Origin: Stegostoma tigrinum
Lineage: Eukaryota
Length of the DNA: 64,000 nt
Assembly (NCBI RefSeq): GCF_030684315.1
Contig: NC_081397.1
Coordinates: forward strand, 10,750,421 to 10,814,420
Direction: 5' to 3'
Made by a program: the position numbers and the translations under genes. This document shows positions 26,771 to 39,800 of the stretch, piece by piece (the first letter of the stretch is position 1; every line of letters begins with the position of its first letter). The notes under the pieces are model-generated. The model was given only the letters and a program-made list of their open reading frames with translations, did not search any database and was not told the DNA's origin.

Positions 26771-27189
26771 GACAAGCATCAACCGAAACAGGCTGGGGCC
26801 TGAGGGAAAGTGTGATGTCTGGTCTGAACCCCCTACATATTGGCGGGCTTTTCAGATTTGAAATAAAAGCGGTTGATGATTTGGCGCCAATTATTTCTCC
26901 CGCCCAACTTCCCAGCCGTGTTCAGTTCGAGTGGGGTAACACCAAGGGATGCATAGGCAGGGAGGTGCTTTCCTGTCACTCAAATCTCCAGCACACTGGG
27001 AGGCTTCAATTGTGTACTGCCATCAATTTATATCTTCCCCACAGCAATGTCCGTTTTGTCTTCTAATTAACGTGACAAATCCACTTCTCGGCCAGATTGA
27101 AATTGTTTAATAACAGACGAAACGACACAATACAACAGCAGAAAAAAACTGGGCGCATAATAAAGTAACCAACATTGCCAATCGATTGC

Positions 27190-27227
27190 TGCTCTCTCGG
27201 GACAGTTTAGTGGCTCTGAAAAGAGCC
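27190..27227 (-). terminator. Histone 3' stem-loop and HDE
   Basis: Minus strand GGCTCT-TTTC-AGAGCC 27227-27212, followed by GAGAGAGC. Confidence 0.93.
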
Positions 27228-27271
27228 GTTGCGTTTCTCGGGGTGAATGTGCAGGGCCGGGCACGCTCCGT

Positions 27272-27688
<417 letters not shown>

Positions 27689-27750
27689 TCAACTCTCTAC
27701 AACACACACACAAGCTGCTGCTGTCAATGCCGACGCCGCTGCTGCGCTGC

Positions 27751-27920
27751 CTATTTAAGGGAATGGAGAGCCCGCCCTAGAGCTGGGATTGGATACAGTC
27801 CCGTCCCTCAATCCCCTGAGAAACAGCTCCGGAAGGGACAGAAAAGGCCGAATAATATTTTTTGGAGGCTGATTGGTTAACTTGAAATGACAGTTGGCCT
27901 CTTTCAAAAAGCCCGCCGAT
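27751..27920 (-). promoter_or_regulatory. H3 promoter: TATA-like, GC box, two CCAAT, CDE-CHR
   Basis: Minus strand: TTAAATAG ~27758, GGGCGGG 27771-27777, CCAAT 27788 and 27872, GGCGG-gctt-TTTGAA 27917-27903. Confidence 0.75.
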
Positions 27921-28671
27921 TTTACCCTCGCGATCCTGAGTTTAAAGTAAATATTTAAAAGGATAATAAAGTCCGCCTCCGATCAAATCGTGTACTTTGC
28001 AAACTAAGTTTTTTGAACAAACTCTACATCAGCGGAGACAGGACGACAGGACTGCCTCATCTGTCTGTAACAGGCGTGAGGAAAGGGGGAGGGCGTGTAA
28101 TACAGCCGGACAAACATGATGAACGGAACGTATAACTGCCGTTAATGCATCTAAATACCGCCGAATAAAGCATTTTAAAAGCTAATATGGTGCAACACAG
28201 TGTAACGAATAAAGTTACACAAACTCAATTTAGCGGCATTTCTACCTTTCGCCTAGGTTATAATTAGTCCCAAGATAATTTGGCGTTGCTTCCTGCAACA
28301 GGCTGATGGAAAGTAAATTAAAACTTTCACAGTTGTCCCAGAATCAAAACTGAAAGAAATATCATTCCTGTAACGGTTAATGAAATACAAATACAGCAAT
28401 ATATGCTAACTCCAGCCCCCAACTGGATCTGTAAATAAAACTATTCTCCACAATGCAGTGAACACAATTTTCGGCAAAAGAACTGCGATCTCGAGCTTCA
28501 TGTTCGAAGCAGATAAAAACAGGGACTTTTTTTCAAAGCAGTTGTGATACAATTAAACGCCCATGATCAGGCCTTTCTTAACAAGACAACACGGTTTCTT
28601 CCATTTCTAGATAATAAAATGTGAGGCTGGATGAACACAGCAGGCCAAGCAGCATCTCAGGAGCACAAAAG

Positions 28672-28703
28672 CTGACGTTTCGGGCCTAGACCCTTCATCA
28701 GAG
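28672..28703 (-). ncRNA. Minimal hammerhead ribozyme motif (pLTR)
   Basis: Reverse complement: ct-CTGATGA-a-GGGtctaggCCC-GAAA-CGTC-ag. Confidence 0.7.
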
Positions 28704-29589
28704 AGGGGGATGGGGGGAGGGAACTGGAATAAATAGGGAGAGAGGGGGAGGCGGACCGAAGATGGAGAGCAAAGAAGATAGGTGGAGAGGGTGTAGGTGG
28801 GGAGGTAGGGAGGGGATAGGTCAGTCCAGGGAAGATGGACAGGTCAAGGAGGTGGGATGAGGTTAGTAGGTAGCTGGGGGTGCGGCTGGGGTTGGGAGGA
28901 AGGGATGGGTGAGAGGAAGAACCGGTTAGGGAGGCAGAGACAGGTTGGACTGGTTTTGGGATGCAGTGGGTGGGGGGGAAGAGCTGGGCTGGTTGTGTGG
29001 TGCAGTGGGGGGAGGGGATGAACTGGGCTGGTTTAGGGATGCAGTGGGGGAAGGGGAGATTTTGAAACTGGTGAAGTCCACATTGATACCATATGGCTGC
29101 AGGGTTCCCAGGCGGAATATGAGTTGCTGTTCCTGCAACCTTCGGGTGGCATGGTTTGAAACCATTGTTTCAAAATCTCCCCTTCCCCCACTGCAGTTTC
29201 AAAATCTCCCCTTCCCCCACTGCAGTTTCAAAATCTCCCCTTCCCCCACTGCATCCCTAAACCAGCCCAGTTCATCCCCTCCCCCCACTGCACCACACAA
29301 CCAGCCCAGCTCTTCCCCCCCACCCACTGCATCCCAAAACCAGTCCAACCTGTCTCTGCCTCCCTAACCGGTTCTTCCTCTCACCCATCCCTTCCTCCCA
29401 CCCCCAGCCGCACCCCCAGCTACCGACTAACCTCATCCCACCTCCTTGACCTGTCCGTCTTCCCTGGACTGACCTATCCCCTCCCTACCTCCCCACCTAC
29501 ACCCTCTCCACCTATCTTCTTTGCTCTCCATCTTCGGTCCGCCTCCCCCTCTCTCCCTATTTATTCCAGTTCCCTCCCCCCATCCCCCT

Positions 29590-29621
29590 CTCTGATGAAG
29601 GGTCTAGGCCCGAAACGTCAG
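29590..29621 (+). ncRNA. Minimal hammerhead ribozyme motif (pLTR)
   Basis: ct-CTGATGA-a-GGGtctaggCCC-GAAA-CGTC-ag with intact core and palindromic ACGT stem III. Confidence 0.7.
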
Positions 29622-30050
29622 CTTTTGTGCTCCTGAGATGCTGCTTGGCCTGCTGTGTTCATCCAGCCTCACATTTTATTATCTTGGAATCTCCAGCATC
29701 TGCAGTTCCCATTATCTCTTCTTCCATTTCTACGTCAGTTTCTATTCCCCCAGCTGAATGAGACAAAATCATTTCTTGAGGATTGTGTGGTGAAGAGGGG
29801 TTTCAGAGCCTGTGTTTGACTCTTTGAGACTCTCTCCCTGCATGTGTGACAAGCAGACTGACATGAACTGACAAAGCACTAGAGCCTATGGTCTATGTGA
29901 GCAGGACCTCACACTCACATATTGTAGAGTATGGAAGAGGGGCTGAGTGTAAATCCGATAGGTAAATACGGAACGGTTATTCACATAAATCAGTGTCTAA
30001 ATTATTCCTGCACTCGGAGCTAGGACAGGGATCATTTGATCCGGGCTCAG

Positions 30051-30087
30051 CTCTCTCCTGAAAGATGTGGTGGCTCTGAGAAGAGCC
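30051..30087 (-). terminator. Histone 3' stem-loop and HDE
   Basis: Minus strand GGCTCT-TCTC-AGAGCC-ACCAC then CAGGAGAGAG. Confidence 0.93.
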
Positions 30088-30123
30088 TTTGGGTTCAGGT
30101 TGTTACATGTTACACCGACTGCA

Positions 30124-30747
30124 TCATTTCTTTGCTGCTTTCTTGGTCACTTTCGCTTTGGGCTTGGCCTTTGCCTTCGCCGATTTCGGGGCCGGCTTTG
30201 CGGCCTTGGGGCTCTTGGTCTTTTTCACTTTCTTCACGGGAGTCTTTTTCTTCGGCGTTGCTTTCTTCGCCGGTTTCTTCGGCGTTGCTGCCTTCTTGCC
30301 GCCCGCTTTCTTGCCTGTCGCTTTCTTCGCTGCCACCTTCTTGCTCGTTGTTTTCTTCACGGCTGCTTTCTTGGCGGCTGCTGCTGGTCTCGCCTTCTTT
30401 CCCACTTTTGTCTTGACTGGATTCTTTGCGAGTTTGAAGGAGCCGGAGACGCCCTGGCCCTTCACCAGAACCAGGGAGCCTTTCGCCAGGCACCTCTTGG
30501 CAGCCATCCTGATCTGTGCATTTTGCTTCTCCACATTGACCCCGCTTCTCTGCAGCGCCTTCTTTATAGCGACCAGAGACGTTCCCTTCCGATCGCTGTT
30601 CTCCCCGACAATCTTCACAATCCGCTCGCCCAACCCGGGACCGGCTGGTTTCTTCCTGGGAGCTGTCGCCTTCTTCTTCTTGGGAGACTTGGGTTTGGTG
30701 CTGGCGGAGGCTGGAGGAGCGGTTTCGGCGGCTGCACTGTCGCTCAT
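30124..30747 (-). CDS. H1: Histone H1, 207 aa, paralogue of 9039-9677
   Basis: Near-identical globular domain; 5-aa (SPAKK) deletion in the tail; stem-loop present. Confidence 0.97.
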   Translation of the reverse strand: MSDSAAAETAPPASASTKPKSPKKKKATAPRKKPAGPGLGERIVKIVGENSDRKGTSLVAIKKALQRSGVNVEKQNAQIRMAAKRCLAKGSLVLVKGQGVSGSFKLAKNPVKTKVGKKARPAAAAKKAAVKKTTSKKVAAKKATGKKAGGKKAATPKKPAKKATPKKKTPVKKVKKTKSPKAAKPAPKSAKAKAKPKAKVTKKAAKK

Positions 30748-30827
30748 GTCGGGAACTCTGCGCTGAATCTCTCTCTGTCAAACTGAACTGGGTCAGCAAT
30801 GAAGCTGCTGGTGGCGGCACTGAGCAA

Positions 30828-31254
30828 CTTAAAGGCAGCGAGCGGACGGCGCGGAGACAACCTGCCCTCAGCTCCCTGCTCCTGCTGCCTGTCTGTGTTT
30901 CTCTCTCGGCACAAACTCTCCAATTCCTCTGCAATTCCGCATCTCCAGAGAGCCAGGCTCGATCGTTCCTGACCCTGACACGGGAAGGTTTGCGGCCGAA
31001 GCGTTTTCTCTCGAATTGACGGCTCCGTTGTCGAGTTAAACGCATTTTGCTGCTGCACTGATCGCTCTCTCTGAGCTGAGCGCTGGCATTATCATCACTT
31101 TTGGGCTGAAATCTAGAAAGCAACAAACACGTTGCCTTGAATTCTAGCTTTGGGGTTTAGTGAGGGAGCAGGGGGATAAGTTGAATCGAAAATCTTTTTA
31201 ATTTGCTCAAGACAGACTGGGAAATATCATGATATGAGCGGACACACAAACACA
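30828..31254 (-). promoter_or_regulatory. H1 promoter: TG box, AC box, CGTCCGC, TATA-like
   Basis: Minus strand TGTGTTT 31254-31248, AAACACA 30900-30894, CGTCCGC 30848-30842, TTTAAG 30833-30828. Confidence 0.75.
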
Positions 31255-31689
31255 GTTACGTTAAACTCTCCCGACCGCCCTTTACCTACAGTCTCTCTGG
31301 CACAATATTCACATCCATACAGTCGCAGGCCAGAAATATCGCGAAATATAAATGTGGGCGGATATAATTTATTTTCCTTTCAGCCTTTGCTCCGATACCC
31401 AGGGAGTTCGTTGTAGTTTTTTTCTCTCTCCTCAGTCACTGTTAAACTCTCTGAGGACGGAGCGCCGGAGATTCGCTCTTCTCCTGATTCAGCTGCAAGA
31501 GCCAATCATCTGGTTTGAAGTTACATTGATCACCCAGGTCAATATTTTTCTGGGAATAAACAGGCAGAGAAACACAAATAATAGCAACTGAAACTAACAA
31601 ATCAGCCCTTCAAACCTCTCCTCCCAGTCCTCATGAAAATGGCAGGTCATCCAACTCAATAGCCTGTGTCCGTTTCTCTCTCATATCGA

Positions 31690-33450
31690 ATCATTCAGCA
31701 TATCTTCAGTCCAGACATAACATGCCGAATTTAATGCCGAACTGAACTAGTTCCACCCACCTGACCCTGGCCTGTTTCCTTTCAAACCTGTCATGTTCAC
31801 GTACTAATCCAAATGCCGTTTTAATGTTGTAATTGTAGCCACATCGACCATTTCGTCAGGAAGTTCATTCGACTTGCATCAGGCTCTGTGATAATAAAAC
31901 CCTCGCGTATATTTTTTTGATCTTTCTCCTGTCAGTTTAAAAATGTTCATGCCGCTCTTCAATTCCCCCCTTCCCAGGCAAAGGACAGCTACCATTGTGT
32001 CTAGGCCCGAAATGTCAGCTTTTGTACTCCTCAGAGGCTGCTTGGCCTGCTGTGTTCATTTAGCTCAACACTTTGTTTTCTTGGATTCTCCAGCATCTGC
32101 AGTTCTCATTATTTTATGAACTTCTATAAGCTGACTTTCAACATGCTACACTCGAGTGAAAAAAAAGACTCGCAGTCTATCCATCCTTTCCTTATAACTC
32201 GAACCTTACATACTCGAAATATTGGTGAACTTAATCTGAACCGTCTCCACCTTAATCCTGTCCTTCCTCTAACTGGCCGACCAGAACTGTTGGCAGTATT
32301 TCAGAAGTGGCCTCACCCAATGCCCTGTGTAACGTCAATGTGAATGCCACCTCCTAAACACAAAGGACTGAGCAGCGAAGGAAAGCGTGCCAAACACCTT
32401 CTTAACCATCCTGTTGAGGTGTGATGCAGACTGAAAAGAATTCTAGGTCCTTCTCTTCTACAACACTACCCATTAATTGTACAGGGCCTACCCTTGATTG
32501 TTGCACCAAAATGCAACACCTCACAGTTATCCAGTTGAACTCCATTTTGCAGCCCAACCGATTGGGTTATGATCCCTTTGTAATCTCAGAAAACCTTCTC
32601 CATTCACTATGATAATAACTTTGCGAGCATTCACAAACATGCTTACCATGCCTTCTATATTCTGATCCACATCATTTTTATAAATGACAAACAAAAACAG
32701 AGCCAGTACAAATCCCTGTGGAAACCACTGGTGACAGGCCCCCAGACTGAAAACAAAACAGCCCTCCACTTTCACTCTCTCTCTATTGCCATTAAGCCAA
32801 TTATACCTTGATTCTATTTCTTCACAATTGCTGCACACAATAACATTTTGAAATCATATAGTGTGTTGGATGGAGCTGATTTCTGCGGTCGAGAATTCCA
32901 GAGGCATACCGTTCTCTGAATGAAGAAAGCTCTCACTTTCTCAGCCCTAAATGTCCTATCCTATTTCCGAAACATGTAATTCCTACCATCAGGAATATTT
33001 TTCCAGCATTTATATTGTTTAAGTCTGCCAGTGGCTAACAGGTTTTTACAAAAATCCCTCATTTTTCTGAACTTTAGCACAGAAGTTCACAAACAGTTCA
33101 ATCTCTCCTTCCATCCCAGCAATCTGCCCACTAAAACTACCTTTATAGTAACACCATCCTTCCTCAGATAAGGAGGCCACACCTGCTGTCAGTATTCGAG
33201 ATGTTGTCTCACAGATACCCTGTTAAATTGCCACAATTTCTACTTTTCTCCTGTACTCTAATTACCTCTCCATGAAGGAAAACATGCCAGTTACCTTCCT
33301 CACTGTCTGCTACACCTACATGCTTAATTTCAGTGATTGGTTTGTGAGGACACCCAGATCTCATTGCAAATTCCACTGTGTCCAACTATCGACATCCAGA
33401 AAATAAAGTGCCTTCCTTTTATTTTGCTACCAACGTGTATAACCTTATAT
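31690..33450 (-). mobile_element. Decayed CR1 fragments with a pLTR piece (~32000-32112)
   Basis: WLNGNRERVKVEG, PQGFVL..LFVIYKND; partly the inverted paralogue of 7500-8070. Confidence 0.7.
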
Positions 33451-33469
33451 TATACAGTGCATTCCTGGG

Positions 33470-34388
33470 TCAAATTGAGGACACATTGATGGGAGGGGGA
33501 GTTGAACTGGTTCGCAACTGGGAGGTGCGGTTATTTACTGCGAGTGTAGGTGTTCTGCAAAGCAGTCTGTAAGCCTCCACTTGGTTTCCCCAATGCACAG
33601 AAGGCCACACCATGTACAGCGGATGCAGTATAACACATTGGCAGATGTGCAGGTGACTATCTGCTTGATATGGAAAGTCATCTTGGGGCCTGGGATGGGG
33701 GTGAAGGAGGTGGTGTGGGGGCAGGTGTAGCACTTCTTGCAGTTGCAGGGGAAAGTGCCGGGTGTGGTGGGGTTGTAGGGGAGTGTTGAGTGGATGAGGC
33801 AGTCGCGGAGAGAGTGGTCTCTCTGGAAGGCAGGCAAGGGTGGGGATGGAAAAATACCTTTGGTGGTGGGGTCGGATTGTAGATGGCAGAAGTGTCGGAG
33901 GATGATGTGTTGTTTCCGGAGGTTGGTGGGGTGGTATGTGAGAACGAGGGGGATTCTATTGGGGCAGTTATTGAGAGGGTGGGGTGTGAGGGATGAGGTA
34001 CAGGAAATGCGGGAGACACGGCCGAGGGTGTTCTTGACCACTGTCGGGGGAGGGTGGGGTGGAATGTTGCGGCCCTTGAAGAACGAGGACATCTGGGTTG
34101 TGCAGGAGTGGAATGCCTCATCCTGGGAGCAGATGCGGCAGCGGTGACGGAATTGGGAATAGGGGATGGAATTTTTGCAGGAAGGTGGTTGGGAGGAGGT
34201 GTATTCATGGTAGCTGTGGGAGTCGGTGGGCTTGAAATGGGCATTGGTTTATAGGTCAGAGATAATGGGAACTGCAGATGCTGGAGAATCCAAGACAACA
34301 AAATGTGAGGCTGGATGAACACAGCAGGCCAAGCAGCATCTCAGGAGCACAAAAACTGACGTTTCGGGCCTAGACCCTTCAGCAGAGA
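33470..34388 (-). mobile_element. Penelope-like element fragment plus pLTR (34257-34388)
   Basis: VLYCIRCTWCGLLCIGETKWRL; pLTR with CTGCTGA...GAAACGTC. Confidence 0.9.
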
Positions 34389-34894
34389 GCTCTCTGGCAC
34401 AATATTCACAATCTCTCTACACCAACCATACATCTAGCAGATAATGAGGACAGATATGGAGGAAAACATTGACATTATTATCAGTAACAGAGCAGGACAG
34501 CATTAATCTTTTGTCAAATAGATGTCCCAGGCACAGCCAGAACAATTAAATAATGTGCCTTCAAAATGCACATCCTGTCCCAAAGCCTAACGTAGAATGC
34601 CAGCAGTGTGTGTGTGCACACTTTCTGGCACACACGCACTCCGCTGAGTTGTAAATATATACACTATCCCCATCACATGTGTTACACCATCTAACAGCCA
34701 TGAAGATCATGTATATTGCAAACCTCAGAATGTGTAATATTGAAGATGACTTCCACTCACGGATTTCAGGTCAGAGAGGTAGCCTTTCATGATAAGAGAC
34801 AAATAGAACAGAATGTGAGCTAAATACTTCAATCCTCATGTGTACATGCACTCCCGTGTTCATAATGTGAATATCACTCATTCATTATATGGGG

Positions 34895-35720
34895 GGGAAA
34901 AAAAATTGGACAAATTTTGTGGAGTTCAGTTCAGGCAAATGCGAGGTGATGCATTTTGGAAGATCCAATTCAAAAGTGAACTATACGGAAAATGGACAAG
35001 CCCTGGCAAAAATTGATGCTCAGAGATCTGGGTGTTCAGGTCCATTGTACCCGAAGGTGGCAACACAGTTCGATAGAATGGCCAAGAAGACATGTTGCAT
35101 TCTTTGCTTCATCAGATGGGTCGTTTAGTGCAAGAGTTGGCAGGTCATGTTACAGTTGTATCGGACTTTGGTTTGTACACACTTAGAATCCTGTATACAG
35201 TTCAGGTCGCCACATTACCAAAAGGATCTTGATGCTTTGGAGAAGGTTGCAGAGGGAGTTAACAAAGATGTTGCCTGGTATGGAGGGTGCTAGCTCTGAA
35301 TAGAGTTTGAGTACATGAGGATTATTTACATTAGAAAGATGGAGGTTGAGGGGGGACTTGATTGAGGCCTACAGAGTCATGAGTTGCAACAACAGGGTGG
35401 ATAGCAAGAAGCTTTTTCCTCGAGTGTGGAACTCGATGACTAGGGGTAATGATTTCAAGGTGAGGGGGGACAAGTATAAGGATGATATGCATGGAAAATT
35501 CTTTACACCGAGGGCGGTGGGTGCCTGGAAAACTTTGCCAGCGGAGGTGGTAGAGATGTGCGTGATAGTGTCACTTTAAGATGTATCGAGACAGACACAA
35601 GACTGGACAGGGAGCAGAGGGATACAGATCCTTGGAATATAGGCGACAGGTTTCGGCAGAGGATATGGATCGGCGCAGGCTTGGAGGGCCAAAGGGCCTG
35701 TTCCTTTGCTGGAATTTTTT
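34895..35720 (+). mobile_element. CR1 LINE 3' fragment
   Basis: KCEVMHFGRSN, RGDLIEAYRVM...FFTPRAVGAW. Confidence 0.88.
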
Positions 35721-36199
35721 TTTTGTTCTTTGACACACTGAATTCCCAAGAAGTAGTCCAAGAAATATATCGAGCAAGAGATTAATTTCACCTCTCTACG
35801 TGTTACCATCTCATCGACTTAGAGGTAATTAATGTGTCATTTCCTTTTCTACAAACTGGAGAAATTGCACATCAGGACAGGTTTCAGATTGAAATTGACA
35901 TTGACATTGCATTTGTTTGCATAAAACTACAAACTGAATAGTGAAAACCATCTGAAACACTTCTACTGTATATAAACTTTGCTATTTAAATAGACCAGAA
36001 GGAAATCAAATATTGACCTGAAATGATACAGAAAATAACCTACATTCAGGCAGATAACCTAGATTGTTGACTATACAATTAATAATGTCTCATACAGTGA
36101 GCTTGCAACAACAAATGAACATTAAACTCTAAATGTGTCCAGACCAGAGACAGACCAAGCCGGAATAAGACATAAACCCGACCCTAGAAATTATACAGG

Positions 36200-36790
36200 G
36201 AGAGAATGATAAATGCATTCACACATTCACAAACCAGATAGCTTCAGGCATAGCCTAATAACTCATCTGTCAGATTTACAGGACAGGATTTGACAGGGCC
36301 AAATGGGTAAATACACTTGCACAGCCATAGAGAAGAAACTGACAGGCACATATTGATAACAGTACACTCATTCACACATCAGAAAGTGACAGGGACAGTA
36401 AGATAATTACACACACATTCAGACTGCAAAAACTGACAGGTACAGGCTGATAAATACATCCACACATGACAGGAAAGCAAAAGCATAAGCATATGTAGAT
36501 TGATAACAACATTTGCATATTCACAGAAGATTTTGACTAGGACATATTTGTAACACTTTTGCATTCATGAGAGAGGAATTGATGGATATAGATTGATAAC
36601 TAAACTCTCATATTTCACAGCAGAAACTGAGAGGGACAGTTGGATGGTTACGCTTATATCTTCACGTGACAGCTACCAACAAGTACGGATCAATGCTTAT
36701 CACTCACACACATATATTCATAGATGTCTGCAGCACAGCAAACAGACCTTTCTCTCATTGAACCTGCACTGTTTAGAAACAACCAGCCGA
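36200..36790 (+). repeat. ~49-bp degenerate satellite array
   Basis: gaaactgacagg...ttgataac units. Confidence 0.75.
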
Positions 36791-39159
36791 CAATTCTACA
36801 TCAATTCAGCCAGTATTCAAATTCCATAAATGTGTCATGTTGGCAGATGAAGTATCATCCTCACCTTTATCAGTTGTCAATTGCTTCACCTGGCATGATT
36901 AGAATATCTTTTATTCTATCTTAAGCAAGAGGACTTTATAATCATAGACCTTTTGTTTTCAAATTAGCTTAAATTTTGTTCAAATAGCCCTGTGTTCCTC
37001 TTGACATTCCATCTGAATTTTTACATCAAACACAAGGACGCTTCATGCCATTTTTTTCAAACAAGCAATATAACTACATAACCGTCCTCATTTATATTTT
37101 GCAAAGAGGGTTCAACAGTGTTTATTCTTCAGTAAATTCAGTTTGACGGCCCCAGTTTTACCCACTACATGACAGAAAACAAAAGTTCAACACCGAGCAT
37201 GTTAATGTCTGTGCCATAAAACAAAATCGAAGTGAAAAAGCTAATTTTCTTTCCTGCACAAGCAACATTGTGGTCAGTCAGCCGCAATGCAGTTCATTTG
37301 TTCATTGCACTTCATCTTTGGCAATAACATACTAAATTAACATCTTTAGTTTAGCAGCATTCCAAGACTTGTGCCACTATGCAATGTTGAATGATATTAA
37401 TATCATCCTGAAAATATCCTTTGATATCACCACAGCGATTAGTCTCTGCAATGTATCCTTTACAAAGATCCATTTATTTTCTGTCCTCAACTCTTGAGGA
37501 AAAGCACAGACGCATTTCAGTTGCAATGTCTTGCATTTTCACTTGCTTATAAATGTTGTAGGCACAAACAACTGAAGAACATAGGCTGTTTCCCATATGC
37601 GAAAGGAGAGATGAACTGAAAACTCTGTCCTCTGCCATGGTGGTAATTGGCTGCCCACTTTCCAAGAAATACTTAATCTGCTCAGTAACGCAATACAGGA
37701 AGATGGAAATAGGATCAATTGAGTGTATCTGTCTGTCTTGTTTCATAACAGCAGCTCCTGTGCCAATGCACGGTGGGTACAGAATAACTTACAAAGCACG
37801 GAGATGCTGCCAGGTTAGTAGATACCCAGGCGAAAACAAAAGAAAATGCCATTTCTCTTAAATATCACCTGGGTGGGAGAGCTCCTCTTTCATTCAGCAT
37901 TCATAGGACAGGGTAAGAGTGAAGTACTTCAATCCCGGTATGTGAATGCTCTCCTTTAGGATTAAGTATGAGGTATCAGCTTGGCATAAAGTAAATTAGT
38001 CATGTTCACTACATTAGAAAATACTGAAGCTATTGCATGATCAATGATGAATTCTACTGAAACAGCTCAAGAAGTAAATTGAAAGCCAGATTAAATATGC
38101 CTCCAAATATCGCACCATGTCTTAGATTTGGACATGTAACTAATGTATCAATTTCCTTTGTTGGAACTGAACTATAGTAGGCCAAGTCTCAAATGAAATA
38201 AACATTACAATGTAATTTGCCTCCAAAGAGGTACAAATTAAAAAGCAGCTCTCATCTCGTACAGAAGTACTGCATAAAGGTGTTATTAAATGGACCAAAG
38301 AAGAAAGCAAATAGGGTCGTGAACAGATACAGATGCAAACAGATAACTGGAGATTATTGGCAATGGATTGAAGAAACGCTCACATAATGATCTTGTTACA
38401 GGAGGAATAAATTTGAAATACACAGTCAGATGAGTGACTGCCCAATCCAGAACCAAACTTACTATCATAACCTGTACAGAGACTCAATATTTGTGGACAT
38501 TAACCAAACTGCATCTACAGAGTCAGAGACTGACAAAGGTATTAAAACAGTTTCATTTACATGATCTGATTCATAGGGCATTGGGTAAAATCTCATTCAT
38601 GTTGAGCAGCAGAGATTTGAACAACAGAAGGATGTCAGCAGTTCCGACAAGTAACATGTTCAATGCAACATTACCCATTTGAACATTACCCACAACATTA
38701 CCCATTCGTTATCCGTGTGAAATATGATGACAAAGCATGAGGAACACATTGACACACAATGCCAGACACTGAATTGATCCCATGGTGAACGTCAGCCCGA
38801 TGCTGATGAAACTAACAATAACCACACTTGCAATCTCAGTGGGAGACTGACTATTTCAGAGAATTCTTACACTCTCTTTATGATTAATGTGTTATAAGTT
38901 AGTGCTATGATGATTTTATAATACACCTCACCAAGGGTATCAGATCATACATGCCGAGCTAGAAACCCAAACAGACATTTAAAGGACAGTGTGACTTAGA
39001 CCAATACCTATCTTTAATTCAGATTGGCAGCTCATTAGAAAACTCTCTCTCATACAACAAACAGATGCTGAAAGGAAAGGAATGAAATTGATGCCTGTGG
39101 TCATCATGGACTGTTGGACCAAAGGTCTGTTTCGCAGCTGTATGACTCTTTGACAATAT

Positions 39160-39800
39160 TACTACCCTCAAATTCACAAAGCAGAAACCGATCGGAAGAA
39201 ACTTGCAGTAACACTCCCAAGCCTCATGTGGCATAACGAGGCACTTGTATTCACAGAGCGGAATCTGACAGGGGGAAATAATAATTATATTTCCATATTC
39301 ACATCACAGAAACTGAGTGGAAAAGGTTTTCAATTGCACTTCAACATTCACACAGCAGGTAATGACAGGGACAGATTGATCACAATGTCCGTATATGCAC
39401 ATAGCCAAGAATGATCGGTAGAAATAGATAACTGTATTCTCGTATTCGCGTAGAGGAAACTGAGTTATAAATTCATAACTACATTTATATATTCACATCA
39501 CAGAAACTGATAGTTGCAGATGAATAACTACATTCTCAGGTTCCCAGAGCAGACGTGGACAGGTACGGATTGAAATTTGCACCCAAATATTCATGTTGCA
39601 TGTTCACACATCATTATCAACAGATTAATAAGAAAACTCACATCTAAATAACAGAAACAGATACTGATTGCTGTGTGAAGATGCAGTTGTATTTTTCAAT
39701 CAGTCCCTGCCAGTTTTCACAATGTGGATGTGTGATTTTAGTTGTCAATCGATACCTGTCAGTGACTGCCTCGTGAATGTGAGGGTAGTGTAATGCATGT
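39160..39800. repeat. ~49-bp satellite array that switches strand at ~39660
   Basis: Forward units to ~39660, then reverse units (atacctgtcagt, aatgtgagggtagt). Confidence 0.7.

Larger units (their letters stand above)
28610..29718. mobile_element. Young Penelope fold-back insertion with 14-bp TSD
   Basis: TTCTTCCATTTCTA at 28596-28609 and 29719-29732; ~460-bp near-perfect inverted arms 28610-29070 and 29223-29683. Confidence 0.93.

Noticed and set aside
30036-31126. 338-aa and antisense ORFs over the second H1
   Set aside because: Same shadow-ORF effect; the upstream extension is not kept open in the paralogue.
38668-38708. ACATTACCCA repeated three times
   Set aside because: Short local slippage with no supporting context.
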